The position numbers were made by a program, and so were the translations under genes. Shown piece by piece: positions 8,072 to 18,293 of a stretch of 64,000 nt of DNA; the first letter of the stretch is position 1, and each line of letters opens with the position of its first letter. Source of the DNA: Solirubrobacteraceae bacterium (GTDB lineage: Bacteria; Actinomycetota; Thermoleophilia; Solirubrobacterales; Solirubrobacteraceae); NCBI GenBank assembly GCA_036389155.1, contig DASVQN010000043.1:49209-113208 (forward strand). The letters run 5' to 3'. The notes below the pieces were generated by a model. The model saw only the letters and a list, made by a program, of their open reading frames with translations. It did not search any database and was not told the origin of the DNA.

Positions 8072-9262
8072 GTGAGCTCCGCCTCCCCCACTCGCACCTC
8101 GAGGCTGGCGCCCGCGCTGCGCGAGAGCGCGCGCGTCAGCCCCCTGGAGCTGTTCTTCGACCTCGTCTTCGTGCTGGCGCTGACCCAGTGCACGGCGCTG
8201 ATGGCGGAGGAGCCGACGTGGGAGGGCCTTGCCAAGGCGCTGCTGATCCTCACGCTGCTGTGGTGGTCGTGGAGCGGCTACGCGTGGCTGACGAGCGTGC
8301 TCGACCCGGAGGAGACGTCCGTCCGGCTCGTGATCTTCGCCGCGATGGCGGCGTTCCTGGTCGTCGCGCTCTGCGTCCCCGAGGCGTTCGACGGCTCCGC
8401 CGTGCTCTTCGCCGGCGCGTACGGCGCGGTGCGCGCCGCGCACATCGGCCTGTTCGTGCTCGCGAGCCGCGACGACCCCGGGCTGCGCGCGTCGGTCATC
8501 GCGCTCGGGATGAGCACGGCGGTGTCCGTCGGCCTCCTGGCCGCGGCGTCGCTCTTCGACGGCACGGCGCAGGGCGCGATCTGGGCCGTCGCGATCGCGC
8601 TCGACCTCGGCGGCCCGTACTTCTTCGGGATCGACGGGTGGCGGATCGTCCCCGGGCACTTCGCCGAGCGCTTCGGCCTCATCATCCTCATCGCGCTCGG
8701 GGAGTCCGTGGTGGCGATCGGCGCCGGTGTCACGAGCGAGGTCGACGCGGGCATCGTCGCGGCCGCGGTGCTCGGGACCGTCGTCGCCGCGGCGATCTGG
8801 TGGCTGTACTTCGACGTCGTCGCGCTCGTCGCCGAGCGGCGGCTGAGCAACGCCGCGCCGGGGCGCGAGCAGAACGCGATCGGCCGCGACTCCTACGGCT
8901 ACCTGCACCTGCCGATGGTCGCCGGGATCGTCCTCATCGCGCTCGGGATGAAGAAGACGCTCGGCCACGTCGGCGACCCGCTGAAGGACGTGCCCGCCGT
9001 CGCCATGCTCGGCGGCGCGTCGCTGTACCTGCTCGCGCACGTCGCCTTCCGCCTGCGCAACATCCACACGCTGAACCGCCAGCGCCTCGTGGTGGCCGTG
9101 CTGCTCGTCGCGCTGATCCCGCTCGCGCTCGAGATCGCCGCGCTCGCGACGCTCGCCGTCCTCGCCGGCGTCCTCGCGGCGCTGATCGCGTACGAGGCGC
9201 TGCGGTTCTCCGAGGCTCGCGCGCGGCTGCGCTACCGGCTCCTGCACGACGTGCACGACTAG
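8072..9262 (+). CDS. low-temperature-requirement A (LtrA) family membrane protein
   Basis: The motif SPLELFFDLVFVLALTQ follows the GTG at 8072, and the rest is multi-pass hydrophobic. The upstream part of ORF 7982..9262 is not protein-like. Confidence 0.8.
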   Translation: MSSASPTRTSRLAPALRESARVSPLELFFDLVFVLALTQCTALMAEEPTWEGLAKALLILTLLWWSWSGYAWLTSVLDPEETSVRLVIFAAMAAFLVVALCVPEAFDGSAVLFAGAYGAVRAAHIGLFVLASRDDPGLRASVIALGMSTAVSVGLLAAASLFDGTAQGAIWAVAIALDLGGPYFFGIDGWRIVPGHFAERFGLIILIALGESVVAIGAGVTSEVDAGIVAAAVLGTVVAAAIWWLYFDVVALVAERRLSNAAPGREQNAIGRDSYGYLHLPMVAGIVLIALGMKKTLGHVGDPLKDVPAVAMLGGASLYLLAHVAFRLRNIHTLNRQRLVVAVLLVALIPLALEIAALATLAVLAGVLAALIAYEALRFSEARARLRYRLLHDVHD

Positions 9263-9274
9263 GGTTCGCTGACT

Positions 9275-9577
9275 ATGAAGCTCTACATCTGCTGGGGCAC
9301 GTTCCCCTCCCCGCGGCCGGGCGGGCACCCGTGCCGCAACGCGTACCACGCGCTCAAGGACGCGGGCCACGAGCCCGAGCTCGTCAAGTCGTACGGTCTC
9401 GGGATCCTCCCCGACGGGCTCAACCGGACCGCGGGCCGCAAGCGCGCGAAGGAGCTGACCGGCGACTCCTGGGTGCCGGTCCTCGAGCTCGACGACGGGA
9501 CCGCGGTCTCCGGCTCGAAGGAGATCGCCGAGTGGGCGCGCGCGAACCCCGCGGGGAAGGCGGGCGCGGCCGCGTAG
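9275..9577 (+). CDS. thioredoxin-fold (glutaredoxin/GST-N-like) small protein, no CxxC
   Basis: 100 aa: MKLYICWGTFPSP...HPCRNAYHALKDAGHEPELV...WVPVLELDDGTAVSGSKEIAEWA. The topology and motifs are glutaredoxin-like. Confidence 0.6.
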   Translation: MKLYICWGTFPSPRPGGHPCRNAYHALKDAGHEPELVKSYGLGILPDGLNRTAGRKRAKELTGDSWVPVLELDDGTAVSGSKEIAEWARANPAGKAGAAA

Positions 9578-9581
9578 CCGC

Positions 9582-10331
9582 CTAGCGGTGCTCGGGGTTC
9601 GCGGCGCCGGGGTGGCAGCCGGCGTCGAACTCCGAGCGCTGGTTGCCGTAGGCGGGGATGCCTCCGCGGTCTTTCAGCGCGCGTGCGGCGTGCATGAGGT
9701 TCCACGCCATGAACGTCGTGTTGCGGTTCGTGAACTCGTTCTCCGGGCCGCCCGACCCCGGGTCGAGGTAGCTCGGGCCCGGGCCCGCCTCGCCGAGCCA
9801 GCCCGCGTCGGCCTGCGGCGGGATCGTGTAGCCGAGGTGCTGCAGCGAGTACAGGATGTTCATCGCGCAGTGCTTGGCGCCGTCCTCGTTGCCGGTGATC
9901 AGGCAGCCGCCCGTGCGCCCGTAGTACGCGTACTGCCCGTCCTCGTTGAGCAGGTGGCTGTTGCCGTACAGGCGCTCGATCACCTGCGTGCAGACCGACG
10001 TCTTCTCGCCCAGCCAGATCGCCGAGCACAGGACGAGGATGTCGGCCGCCATCACGCGCTCGAACAGCGCCGGCCACTCGTCGCGCTCCCAGCCGTGCTC
10101 GGTCATGTCGGGATAGACGCCGGTGGCGATGTCGTGGTCGACCGCGCGGAAGCGGTCGACGGCGACGCCGTTGCGCTCCATGATGTCGATGGCCAGCTCC
10201 GCGAGGCCGTCGGTGTGCGACGGCGCGGGCGAGCGCTTGAGCGTGCAGTTGACGAACAGCGCGCGCAGGTCGGAGAAGTCCCACGGGCTGGCGTCCGCGA
10301 GCTGCTCCTGGAGGTCGGTGAGCCTGGTCAT
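9582..10331 (-). CDS. NAD(P)H-dependent FMN reductase / flavodoxin-like fold oxidoreductase
   Basis: This is the real terminal part of ORF 9582..12719 from the ATG at 10331 (MTRLTDLQEQL...FVNCTLKRSP...ADILVLCSAIWLGE). It overlaps the upstream gene by ATGA. Confidence 0.8.
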   Translation of the reverse strand: MTRLTDLQEQLADASPWDFSDLRALFVNCTLKRSPAPSHTDGLAELAIDIMERNGVAVDRFRAVDHDIATGVYPDMTEHGWERDEWPALFERVMAADILVLCSAIWLGEKTSVCTQVIERLYGNSHLLNEDGQYAYYGRTGGCLITGNEDGAKHCAMNILYSLQHLGYTIPPQADAGWLGEAGPGPSYLDPGSGGPENEFTNRNTTFMAWNLMHAARALKDRGGIPAYGNQRSEFDAGCHPGAANPEHR

Positions 10332-12382
10332 GGCCGTCCGAGTCTCGCCCGGAGCCGATGCGTTACGCAGCGGTTCGCGGAACTCATGCGGCGGGCGGCG
10401 CGGGCGCGGTGGTGCGCGCGCCGGCGCGGGCGGTGCGACCGCCGTGTGGCCGGGCGTCGCGGTCCGGCCGCGAGCAGCCGCTGGCCGGCCGGCACGACGT
10501 AGGGCGCGCGCGGGAGGACGGTGCGGCAGTCGGGCGGCTCGCGGACGGGCAGGCGCAGCTCGAGGCGGCGGACGTCGACCGAGTAGGACGCGTTCGACGG
10601 CCGCGCGTATGGCGCGTCGTTGCCGACGAGCTCGAGCCTTGGCACGTGGCCGTCGGCGAAGCGCCAGCCGTTCGGATGCAGCTGGAAGACGTCCGTGCCC
10701 TTCCCGCTCGGGCGGAAGAGGCCGCGCGCGACGAGCGTCTGGGAACCGCCGTCCGGGGCGACGTCCCACAGCCGCGCGGCGACCTGCGCGGTGTCCTGCT
10801 CCCCGTTCAGCCCGAGCTCGGCGACGATCGTCGGCGCGCCCAGCAGCGTGTAGCCCTGGCCGTGCGCGGCGGGCAGCCGGTAGGACGCGGTGCCCGGTGC
10901 CTCCTCGGAGGGCGTCGTCGCGCACGCGTTGCCGCCGCCGCCCGCCGGGTCGATCGCGGCGCCGACGGACGGGTCGCCGCCGTCGGGCTGCACCGTGCCG
11001 CCGCGCGCCGAGAAGCGGACCTCGCCGTGGGCGAGCCGCTCGAAGGTGGGCGCGGTGAACGGGCCTTCCGACGGCGCGTCGCGCGGGCACGTCTGCGTCG
11101 TCGCCGTCACCCCGAGCTCGACGGGCGTGGCGGCGCCCCGCACGTACCGGTCCAGCCACGCGTGCACGCTCGCGAGCAGGCGGTCGCGGTCGGCCTTGCG
11201 GTTCGACGCGCGCTGATGGCCGAAGTCGCCCACGAGCAGCGAGAGCGGAACGCCCGCGTGGTCGCGCCGCGTGCGGTTGACGAAGCGCGTCGCCTCGTCG
11301 ACCGGGAAGAGGTCGTCGGTGAAGCCGCTGGCGATGAGCAGCGGCGCGGGCGGCGACGAGGCGTTGATGTGGAACGGCGAGTGGAACCGGGTCAGCGTGT
11401 CGACGATGGCGCGCGCCTGCGGGTCGGTGTACGGCGGGCCGGCGGAGGCGCGCGCGACCCAGCCCCCGACGTCCGCCTCGGGGTCGGTGCCCGACGGCGC
11501 GACGTAGCCCATCGGCCGGCCCGGGACGAACGGCTCGCCGACCGGCTGGCCGGGGCCGACCGCGTTCTGCGCCGCGGCGAAGACCGCCCCCGCCACCGAC
11601 GCCTTCTCGACGCCGACCGGCGAGACCGACGCGTCCGGCGGCGCGATCGCGTACGTCAGCGTCGAGCCGTTCGGCGCGATCGCGTAGATCAGGTCCGTCC
11701 ACGGGATGACGGGCGCGGCGCCCGCGATCCGCAGCGGCGTGCCGGCAGGGCTGCGCCAGGGCACGAGCTTGCCGTCCGGCAGCATCACGCGGTCGCGCAG
11801 CGCGGCGAGCATCAGCGACTGCCCGCCGCCGTACGAGTCCCCGGTCACGCCGATCCGCGCGGCGTCCGCCGTCCCGTCGTCGACCAGCCGCCCGATCAGC
11901 TCCTGCGTGTCGCGCCCCTCGTACCGCACGTCGGCGAGGTGCAGGTAGCCGCGCGCGCAGGCGCTCGGGCTCGCGGCGCGCGACTCCGGTGTCCCGCACG
12001 ACCCCCACAGGCCGCGCGCGGTGGCGGTCAGCACCGCGTAGCCGTCGCGCGCCCACGCGTACGCGTTGTCGGTGTACGCGGTCGACGCCGGATCGAGGTA
12101 CTCCCACTTCGAGTTGCCGAAGCCGTGGATCTCCGCCACGAGCGGCAGCCCCGTCGCGCCCTCGCGCGGCAGCGTCACCGTCGTGTCGAGCGGGACGCCG
12201 TCCCACGTGGCGACCAGGCCGGAGCACTGGTAGACGCCCTCGCGCGCAGCGCAGTCGGTGAGCCCGAGCGGCCCGGCCGTGGCGACGGCCGGGGCGAGAA
12301 GCAGTGCGACGACGGTGAGCAGCGCGGCACGCACCGCGGGGAAGTGTCGCGCGCGGACGGTTAGCCTGCGCCGGGTGCGCAT
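10328..12382 (-). CDS. secreted CocE/NonD (peptidase S15, X-Pro dipeptidyl-peptidase-like) hydrolase
   Basis: Signal-like N-terminus, GDSYGG nucleophile motif and the VAEIHGFGNSKWEY segment. An alternative GTG start at 12334 is possible, because the ATG at 12382 overlaps the divergent Rrf2 start. Confidence 0.8.
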   Translation of the reverse strand: MRTRRRLTVRARHFPAVRAALLTVVALLLAPAVATAGPLGLTDCAAREGVYQCSGLVATWDGVPLDTTVTLPREGATGLPLVAEIHGFGNSKWEYLDPASTAYTDNAYAWARDGYAVLTATARGLWGSCGTPESRAASPSACARGYLHLADVRYEGRDTQELIGRLVDDGTADAARIGVTGDSYGGGQSLMLAALRDRVMLPDGKLVPWRSPAGTPLRIAGAAPVIPWTDLIYAIAPNGSTLTYAIAPPDASVSPVGVEKASVAGAVFAAAQNAVGPGQPVGEPFVPGRPMGYVAPSGTDPEADVGGWVARASAGPPYTDPQARAIVDTLTRFHSPFHINASSPPAPLLIASGFTDDLFPVDEATRFVNRTRRDHAGVPLSLLVGDFGHQRASNRKADRDRLLASVHAWLDRYVRGAATPVELGVTATTQTCPRDAPSEGPFTAPTFERLAHGEVRFSARGGTVQPDGGDPSVGAAIDPAGGGGNACATTPSEEAPGTASYRLPAAHGQGYTLLGAPTIVAELGLNGEQDTAQVAARLWDVAPDGGSQTLVARGLFRPSGKGTDVFQLHPNGWRFADGHVPRLELVGNDAPYARPSNASYSVDVRRLELRLPVREPPDCRTVLPRAPYVVPAGQRLLAAGPRRPATRRSHRPRRRAHHRARAARRMSSANRCVTHRLRARLGRP

Positions 12383-12830
12383 CTCCGCTAAGGCCGACTA
12401 CGCCCTCCGCGCCGCGGCGGAGCTCGCCACCGCCGACGGCGGGCCCGTGAAGGGCGAGCAGCTCGCCACGCGGCAGGACATCCCCCCGAAGTTCCTCGAG
12501 AACATCCTCGGCGACATGCGCCACGCCGGGCTCGTGCGCAGCCAGCGCGGCGCCGACGGCGGCTACTGGCTCCAGCGCCCCGCCGCCGAGATCACGCTCG
12601 CCGAGATCGTGCGCGCGGTCGAGGGCCCGCTCGCGACCGTGCGCGGGCAGCGCCCCGAGGACGTCGCCTACACCGGCGCGGCCGAGCAGCTGCAGCGCGT
12701 GTGGATCGCCGTGCGCCACAACCTGCGGGGCGTGCTCGAGCAGGTCACGGTCGCCGACCTGGCCGCCGGGCGGCTGCCGGACGACGTCGCGCGCCTGGCC
12801 GACGACCCGGACTCCTGGGTCACGCGCTGA
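12375..12830 (+). CDS. Rrf2 family transcriptional regulator, Cys-less (CymR-like rather than IscR/NsrR-like)
   Basis: A GTG at 12375 gives [18 protein letters not shown]...[31 protein letters not shown]. The protein contains no cysteine, so it has no Fe-S ligands. Confidence 0.85.
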   Translation: MRISAKADYALRAAAELATADGGPVKGEQLATRQDIPPKFLENILGDMRHAGLVRSQRGADGGYWLQRPAAEITLAEIVRAVEGPLATVRGQRPEDVAYTGAAEQLQRVWIAVRHNLRGVLEQVTVADLAAGRLPDDVARLADDPDSWVTR

Positions 12831-13776
12831 CGGCGGGCGCGCCCGCCGGCGGGCGCAGCCAGACGATCGCGCCGTCGCGCAGCTCGAGCGCGTCGGCCTC
12901 GGCCTTCGTCAGCTGCGCCACCACGTGCTCGCCGGTGCCGCGCACCAGCTCGACGCGCACCTCGAAGCCCAGGTGCACGACGCGCTCGATCATGGCCTCC
13001 TCGGCGCCGTCGACCGGCTCGTCGCTCAGCTGCAGGTCGTGCGGGCGCACCAGTCGCCCGTCGACCTGGCTGACCGGGCCGATGAAGCCCATCACGAAGT
13101 CGTTGGTCGGGTGCTCGTAGATGTCGCGGGGCGCGCCGACCTGCTCGACCTTGCCGTCGCGCAGGACGACGAGGTTGGACGCGACCTCCATCGCCTCCTC
13201 CTGGTCGTGCGTGACCAGGACGGTGGTGACGTGGACCTCGTCGTGCAGCCGGCGCAGCCACGCGCGCAGGTCGGCGCGCACGTTCGCGTCGAGCGCACCG
13301 AACGGCTCGTCGAGCAGCAGGACGCGCGGCTCGATGGCGAGCGCCCGCGCGAGCGCCATCCGCTGGCGCTGACCGCCGGAGAGCTGCGACGGGTAGCGCG
13401 TGTGGAAGCCGGCGAGCCCGACGAGCTCGAGCAGCTCGTCGACCTTGCGCTTGATCTGGTCCTTCGGGCGCTTCCTGATGGTCAGGCCGAAGGCGACGTT
13501 GTCGCGCACGGTCATGTGCTTGAACGCGGCGTAGTGCTGGAAGACGAAGCCGACGTCGCGCTTCTGCGCGGGCAGGTGCGTCGCGGCCTCGCCGCCGACC
13601 TCCACCTCGCCCGCGTCGGGCTGCTCGAGCCCCGCGATCACCCGCAGGAGCGTCGACTTGCCCGAGCCGCTCGGGCCCAGCAGCGCCGTCAGCGACCCGT
13701 CGGGGACGTCGATCGAGACGTCGTCGAGCGCCAGGAAGTCGCCGAAGCGCTTGGTGACGGAGTGGACCTTGATCAT
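12820..13776 (-). CDS. cysA: sulfate/thiosulfate ABC transporter ATP-binding protein
   Basis: Walker [10 protein letters not shown], signature LSGGQRQR and Walker B LLLDEPF, plus a C-terminal regulatory domain. It overlaps cysW by ATGA. Confidence 0.9.
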   Translation of the reverse strand: MIKVHSVTKRFGDFLALDDVSIDVPDGSLTALLGPSGSGKSTLLRVIAGLEQPDAGEVEVGGEAATHLPAQKRDVGFVFQHYAAFKHMTVRDNVAFGLTIRKRPKDQIKRKVDELLELVGLAGFHTRYPSQLSGGQRQRMALARALAIEPRVLLLDEPFGALDANVRADLRAWLRRLHDEVHVTTVLVTHDQEEAMEVASNLVVLRDGKVEQVGAPRDIYEHPTNDFVMGFIGPVSQVDGRLVRPHDLQLSDEPVDGAEEAMIERVVHLGFEVRVELVRGTGEHVVAQLTKAEADALELRDGAIVWLRPPAGAPAVSA

Positions 13777-14555
13777 GTCGTGTCTTCCCTGCGCTTGTTC
13801 AGGACGGTCATGGCGACGAGCGTCGCCAGGGCGATGAACGCCAGCAGCGCCGACGCGGCGTACGCGCCGGCGAGGTCGAAGTTCTGGAAGCGCTTCTCGA
13901 CGAGGAGGGTCAGCGTCTCCGTCTCGCCGGAGATCTTCCCGCTCACGACGCTCACCGCGCCGAACTCGCCGATGGCGCGCGCCGTCGCGAGGACGACGCC
14001 GTAGATCAGGCCCCAGCGGATCGCCGGCAGCGTGACGCGGCGGAACGTCTGCCAGCCGTTCGCGCCGAGCGTCGCGGCGGCCTGCTCCTGCTCGTCGCCG
14101 ATCTCCCGCAGCACCGGCGCGACCTCGCGCGCCACGAACGGCAGCGAGACGAAGATCGTCGCCAGGACGATGCCGGGCACCGAGAAGATGACCTGGAACC
14201 CGAGCCCGCCGAACCACCCGTCGACGCCCCACACCAGCAGGAGCGCGAGCCCGACCACGATCGGCGAGACCGCGAACGGCAGGTCGAGCAGCGCGTCGAA
14301 CAGGCGCTTGCCGCGGAACCGGCCGCGCACGAGCGCGAGCGCCGCGAGCACCCCGAAGACCGCGTTCAGCGGCACGGCGATGATCGCGACCTCCAGCGTG
14401 AGCCAGAACGCCGAGATCGCCGCCGGGGTCGTGATCGCGTCCCACACCGCGCCGACCCCGTGCTCGAACGTCCGGTAGAAGACGACCCCGACCGGGACGA
14501 GCAGCAGGATCGCCAGGTAGGCGAGCGCGACGAGGCGCAGCGTCAGGCGCGCCAT
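13773..14555 (-). CDS. cysW: sulfate ABC transporter permease
   Basis: Six-TM permease from the ATG at 14555 ([14 protein letters not shown]...) with an EAA-like loop [23 protein letters not shown]. Confidence 0.85.
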   Translation of the reverse strand: MARLTLRLVALAYLAILLLVPVGVVFYRTFEHGVGAVWDAITTPAAISAFWLTLEVAIIAVPLNAVFGVLAALALVRGRFRGKRLFDALLDLPFAVSPIVVGLALLLVWGVDGWFGGLGFQVIFSVPGIVLATIFVSLPFVAREVAPVLREIGDEQEQAAATLGANGWQTFRRVTLPAIRWGLIYGVVLATARAIGEFGAVSVVSGKISGETETLTLLVEKRFQNFDLAGAYAASALLAFIALATLVAMTVLNKRREDTT

Positions 14556-15388
14556 CGCTCGAGCCCCCTGATGGCGAGCAGCACGACGAGCGCGACGAGC
14601 AGCAGGACGACCGACACCGCGGCCGCGCCGCCGATGTTGTCGCTCTCGATCTGCTTGAACGCGTAGACCGACGAGACCTGCGTGTCGAACGGGATGTTCC
14701 CGCTCAGCAGGATGATGGAGCCGAACTCCCCCACCGCGCGGCTGAAGGCCAGCGCGGCGCCGGACAGGATCGCCGGCACGAGGTTCGGGAAGATGATCCG
14801 GCGGAAGACCGTGAAGCTCGACGCGCCGAGCGACGCCGCCGCCTCCTCCATCTCGCGGTCGAGCTCGATGAGCACCGGCTGGACCGAGCGGATGACGAAC
14901 GGCAGGGTGACGAACAGCAGCGCCATCGCGACCGCGACCTTCGTGAACGCGACGTTGATCCCGATCGGGCTCGACGGGCCGTAGAGCGCCAGGAGCGTCA
15001 GGCCCGCGACGATCGTCGGCAGCGCGAACGGCAGGTCGATGAGCGCGTTGACGAACCCCTTGCCGCGGAACTCGTCGCGGACGAGGACCCACGCCACGAG
15101 CGTGCCGAAGGCTGCGTTCAGCGCCGCGACGACGAGCGACACGAGCACCGTGAACTCGAGCGAGCTGATCGCCTGGCGCGTCGTGACGTGGTCCCAGAAC
15201 GCGCCCAGGCCGTCGTCGAGCGAGCGCACGACGACGGCCGCCAGCGGCAGCAGGACGATGAGGCTCAGCCACAGCGTCGAGACGCCGAGGGCGAGCGTGC
15301 CCCGCGGCGCCTTCGCGCGCCGGCGGAGCGCCCCGCCCGCGGCGCCGACGCGCGCGGGCGGGGGCGTTGCGGGAGCGGCCGCGCTCAC
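14543..15388 (-). CDS. cysT: sulfate ABC transporter permease
   Basis: A GTG at 15388 overlaps the cysP stop (GTGA). The EAA loop reads [23 protein letters not shown]. Confidence 0.85.
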   Translation of the reverse strand: MSAAAPATPPPARVGAAGGALRRRAKAPRGTLALGVSTLWLSLIVLLPLAAVVVRSLDDGLGAFWDHVTTRQAISSLEFTVLVSLVVAALNAAFGTLVAWVLVRDEFRGKGFVNALIDLPFALPTIVAGLTLLALYGPSSPIGINVAFTKVAVAMALLFVTLPFVIRSVQPVLIELDREMEEAAASLGASSFTVFRRIIFPNLVPAILSGAALAFSRAVGEFGSIILLSGNIPFDTQVSSVYAFKQIESDNIGGAAAVSVVLLLVALVVLLAIRGLERWRA

Positions 15389-16404
15389 TTCGCGGTCGAC
15401 ACCCCCGCGTCTTCCTCGATCTTGGCGATCTTGCCGTTCTCCGGGTCGAACAGGTCGTCGTCGACCTTCTCCCAGCCGCCGAACCTGTCGATGGTGAAGA
15501 GTCCGCTCGGCGTCGGGAACCGGTCCTTGTTCGCCGCGAGCACCGACTCGTTCACGGGCCGGTAGCCCCAGTCGGCGAACTTCTCCTGGCCGGGCTCGGA
15601 GAGGACGTAGTCGAGGAACTTCGTCGCCTCGGGCGGCGCGGTCTTCGTCGTCGCCACGTCGATGTCGATCTTGATCGTGTCGTCGGGCAGGACGTAGTCG
15701 ACCTTCTCGCCCTTCTTCTGGGCGGTGATGGCCTCGTACTCGTAGGAGAGGAGCACGTCGCCCGAGCCGGAGAGGAAGTTCTGCAGCGCCTCGCGGCCGG
15801 ACTTGTCCTGGACCTTGACGTGGTCGTTGATCAGCGTGGAGACGTAGTCGAGGTCGTTGGCCCCGAGCGCCGCGAGCAGGTTCCACTTCGCCGCGCCGCT
15901 GGAGAACGGGTTCGGCGTGAGGACCTCGACGCCGGGCTTGACCAGGTCGGCCCAGGTCTTGATGTTCTTCGGGTTGCCCTCGCGCACGACGAACGCGACG
16001 ACCGACGTCGTGACGAGGCCCTTGCTCGGCGTCGCCTTCCAGTCGTCGCCGACGATGCCGGCGTCGACCAGGCGCGTCATGTCGCCCTCGGTCGAGAAGG
16101 AGACGTAGTCGGCCTTCAGGCCGCCCTCGACGGCGCGGCTCTGGTCGCCCGACGCGCCGAACGACGTCTTGAAGTTCACGCCCTTGCCGTCCGGGGTCTG
16201 CTTGAAGGCGGGGATGATCTCGTCGTAGACCACCTGCGGCGTCGAGTAGGCGACGAGCGAGAGGGTCTTGCCGCCACCGCCGCCGTCGCTGGCGGAGGCG
16301 GAGCCGTCCTTGGTGTCATCCGCGCCACCGCACGCCGTGAGCGCCAGGGCGGCGAGCACGACGGGGACGGCGGCGAGGAGGTTGCGGGTTTTGTCTAGTG
16401 GCAT
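15385..16404 (-). CDS. cysP: sulfate/thiosulfate-binding lipoprotein
   Basis: Lipobox LALTAC-GG and a periplasmic-binding-protein fold. It is the first gene of the cysPTWA operon. Confidence 0.9.
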   Translation of the reverse strand: MPLDKTRNLLAAVPVVLAALALTACGGADDTKDGSASASDGGGGGKTLSLVAYSTPQVVYDEIIPAFKQTPDGKGVNFKTSFGASGDQSRAVEGGLKADYVSFSTEGDMTRLVDAGIVGDDWKATPSKGLVTTSVVAFVVREGNPKNIKTWADLVKPGVEVLTPNPFSSGAAKWNLLAALGANDLDYVSTLINDHVKVQDKSGREALQNFLSGSGDVLLSYEYEAITAQKKGEKVDYVLPDDTIKIDIDVATTKTAPPEATKFLDYVLSEPGQEKFADWGYRPVNESVLAANKDRFPTPSGLFTIDRFGGWEKVDDDLFDPENGKIAKIEEDAGVSTAK

Positions 16405-16405
16405 C

Positions 16406-16446
16406 GTGGGGAAAGAAATAGCACATACCCCACTCGCATTGTGGGG
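16406..16446. promoter_or_regulatory. GTGGGG / CCCCAC / GTGGGG repeat triplet flanking an AT-rich core immediately upstream of cysP
   Basis: GTGGGG lies at 16406-16411, CCCCAC at 16428-16433 and GTGGGG at 16441-16446. The AT-rich segment aaagaaatagcacata lies between the first two. The cysP ATG is at 16404, and no Shine-Dalgarno sequence is visible. Confidence 0.3.
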
Positions 16447-16450
16447 TTAG

Positions 16451-16485
16451 GCCCGCCCCTGTCCGCTTCCGGACGCTCGGCGGGC
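16451..16485 (-). terminator. hairpin terminator after the beta-propeller gene
   Basis: GCCCGCC...GGCGGGC outer stem with an inner GTCCG-cttc-CGGAC stem, starting 1 nt after the stop codon at 16487. There is no U-tract. Confidence 0.5.
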
Positions 16486-16486
16486 T

Positions 16487-18265
16487 TCAGAGCCGCTTGC
16501 GCCCGCAGAACCGCAGGCCATCGACCGGCTTGCCCCACGGGTCGGGGCGGCGCTCGCGGTAGCAGGGGAACACGTAGTCCCTGCGCCCGAAGTTCAGCGG
16601 CACGCGCATGACCGTTCTGGCGACGAGCGCCCGTCCGCGCCGGTGCAGGCGCACCGTCCTGATCCGCGTCGCCCGGTTCCTGCTCTTGCGGAAGAAGTAG
16701 AAGTGGAAGCGCGTGCGGCGCCGCAGGGCGTCCTCCGGCCCGCGGAGGCGGATCTGCGCGCGCAGTCGCGTCCGGCTCAGGTAGCGGTACCGCACGCGGA
16801 TGGCGAGATCGACCCACGCCCTGAGCGGATCGGTGAGCGCGGGCGGGTCGACGCCCGCGTACCGCAGCCGGTAGCGCGCGTTGCGGTCGGGGTGTGCCGG
16901 GCGGAAGGTCATCGACGAGGACGGCTCGACCGACTCGATCGTGCGCCAGTCCTCGTCGAACGGCCACGCGTCCTCCTGCAGCTCGACGAGCGCGCCCGGC
17001 GCGACCACGCCCTCGCCCCGCGAGTACGAGCCCTGGACGAGGACGCCGCCGCGCCCGAAGACGCGCTCCAGGCGGCCGCGGGGCGCGGTGAACCGCAGGT
17101 TGACGGCGGCCGGCGCGCGGAACGGGTCGGGGTCGAGCCCGGGCGCGTCGGCGCCGGGGCCGTAGGCGATGAGCTTGCCCGGGAACGCGGCGACGAGCCG
17201 GTCGCCGCGGGCGGCCAGCCCTGCCACGTCGATCTGGTTGTACGAGACGGAGTCGGTGATGCGGGTCGTGCTGCGCAGGCGCTCGGTCCCCGAGGCCGCG
17301 TCGTAGCCGACCAGCGTGTCGTCGCCCGCGCGCACGAGGACGAGGTCGCCGACGACCAGCGGCAGGGTCCGCGGACCCTCCTGGATCGTCTGCTGCCAGG
17401 TCGTCGCCCCGGTCTCCACGTCCACCGCCCGGAGCCCGCCGGGCACGACGTAGAACGCGCGCCCGCCGGCCACCGCCGGTGCGTACCCCTCGATCTCGCC
17501 CAGGCTCGCGCCGCGCATCTGGTCGAAGATCGACACGTCTCCGCCGAAGGCGACGTACAGGCGCCCGTCCGCCGCGACGGGAACGACCTCCTCGTCGCCG
17601 CCGCCCGAGCCGCCGGAGGCGCTCCACAGCGGCACGCCGAGCCGGCGGTCGTACGCGACGGCGCCGCCGCCGTCGGCCTCGAAGACCTTGTCGCCGGCGA
17701 CGGCCGCCGCGCCCGTGCCGGAGTCGCCGTCCTGCGGCCACAGGTCGCTGCCGTCCTGCGCCTTCAGCGCATGCAGCGCGCTGCCGTTGACGTACACCTC
17801 GCCGGCGGCGGCGGTGGGAGGGCCGAACAGGCCCGAGTCGCGGGCGAAGCGGCGCGTCCAGCGCAGCGCGCCGCTGGCCGCGTCGAACGCCTGCAGCGTC
17901 GACTCGCCGGTGATGGCGTAGACGAGGCCGTCGCCGTACGCCACCCCGAGGCGGTACGCCGGCTGCGTCCACAGCGTCGCGCCGCTGCCCGCGTCGAGGG
18001 CGTGCAGCCGGGTCGGGAGGGAGCCGCCCGAGGGCTGCGAGCCGTAGGCGACGACGAACAGCTTGCCCTCGGCGACGATCGGCGGGCCGAACGTGTCGCC
18101 GATGTCCTCGCGGACCCACCGCTTGCCGAGCGGGGGCGCGAGGTTCGCGGTCACCGCGCCGCGGTGGCCCTCGTCGCCCTGCATGTTGGCCGGCGCGTCG
18201 GCCGCGAGCGCGCGGGCGGGCGCGGCAGCCACCGCGACGACCACGAGCAGGAGCGCCAACCGCAT
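16487..18265 (-). CDS. secreted PQQ-like/BamB-like beta-propeller repeat protein with Arg-rich C-terminal extension
   Basis: An ATG at 18265 gives the signal peptide MRLALLLVVVAVAAAPARALA. Repeated motifs include ALDAGSGATLW, AFDAASGALRW and AVDVETGATTW. The C-terminal about 100 aa are extremely Arg-rich. Confidence 0.75.
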   Translation of the reverse strand: MRLALLLVVVAVAAAPARALAADAPANMQGDEGHRGAVTANLAPPLGKRWVREDIGDTFGPPIVAEGKLFVVAYGSQPSGGSLPTRLHALDAGSGATLWTQPAYRLGVAYGDGLVYAITGESTLQAFDAASGALRWTRRFARDSGLFGPPTAAAGEVYVNGSALHALKAQDGSDLWPQDGDSGTGAAAVAGDKVFEADGGGAVAYDRRLGVPLWSASGGSGGGDEEVVPVAADGRLYVAFGGDVSIFDQMRGASLGEIEGYAPAVAGGRAFYVVPGGLRAVDVETGATTWQQTIQEGPRTLPLVVGDLVLVRAGDDTLVGYDAASGTERLRSTTRITDSVSYNQIDVAGLAARGDRLVAAFPGKLIAYGPGADAPGLDPDPFRAPAAVNLRFTAPRGRLERVFGRGGVLVQGSYSRGEGVVAPGALVELQEDAWPFDEDWRTIESVEPSSSMTFRPAHPDRNARYRLRYAGVDPPALTDPLRAWVDLAIRVRYRYLSRTRLRAQIRLRGPEDALRRRTRFHFYFFRKSRNRATRIRTVRLHRRGRALVARTVMRVPLNFGRRDYVFPCYRERRPDPWGKPVDGLRFCGRKRL

Positions 18266-18293
18266 ACCGATCCGAGAGTAGGCTGCCGGAGCG

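Noticed and set aside
10328-10480. The Arg/His-rich C-terminus of the S15 peptidase as another copy of the Arg-rich domain.
   Set aside because: The tail (…RRPATRRSHRPRRRAHHRARAARR…) is plain low complexity, without the alternating beta-strand pattern or bracketing cysteines. It may even reflect an uncertain 3' end.
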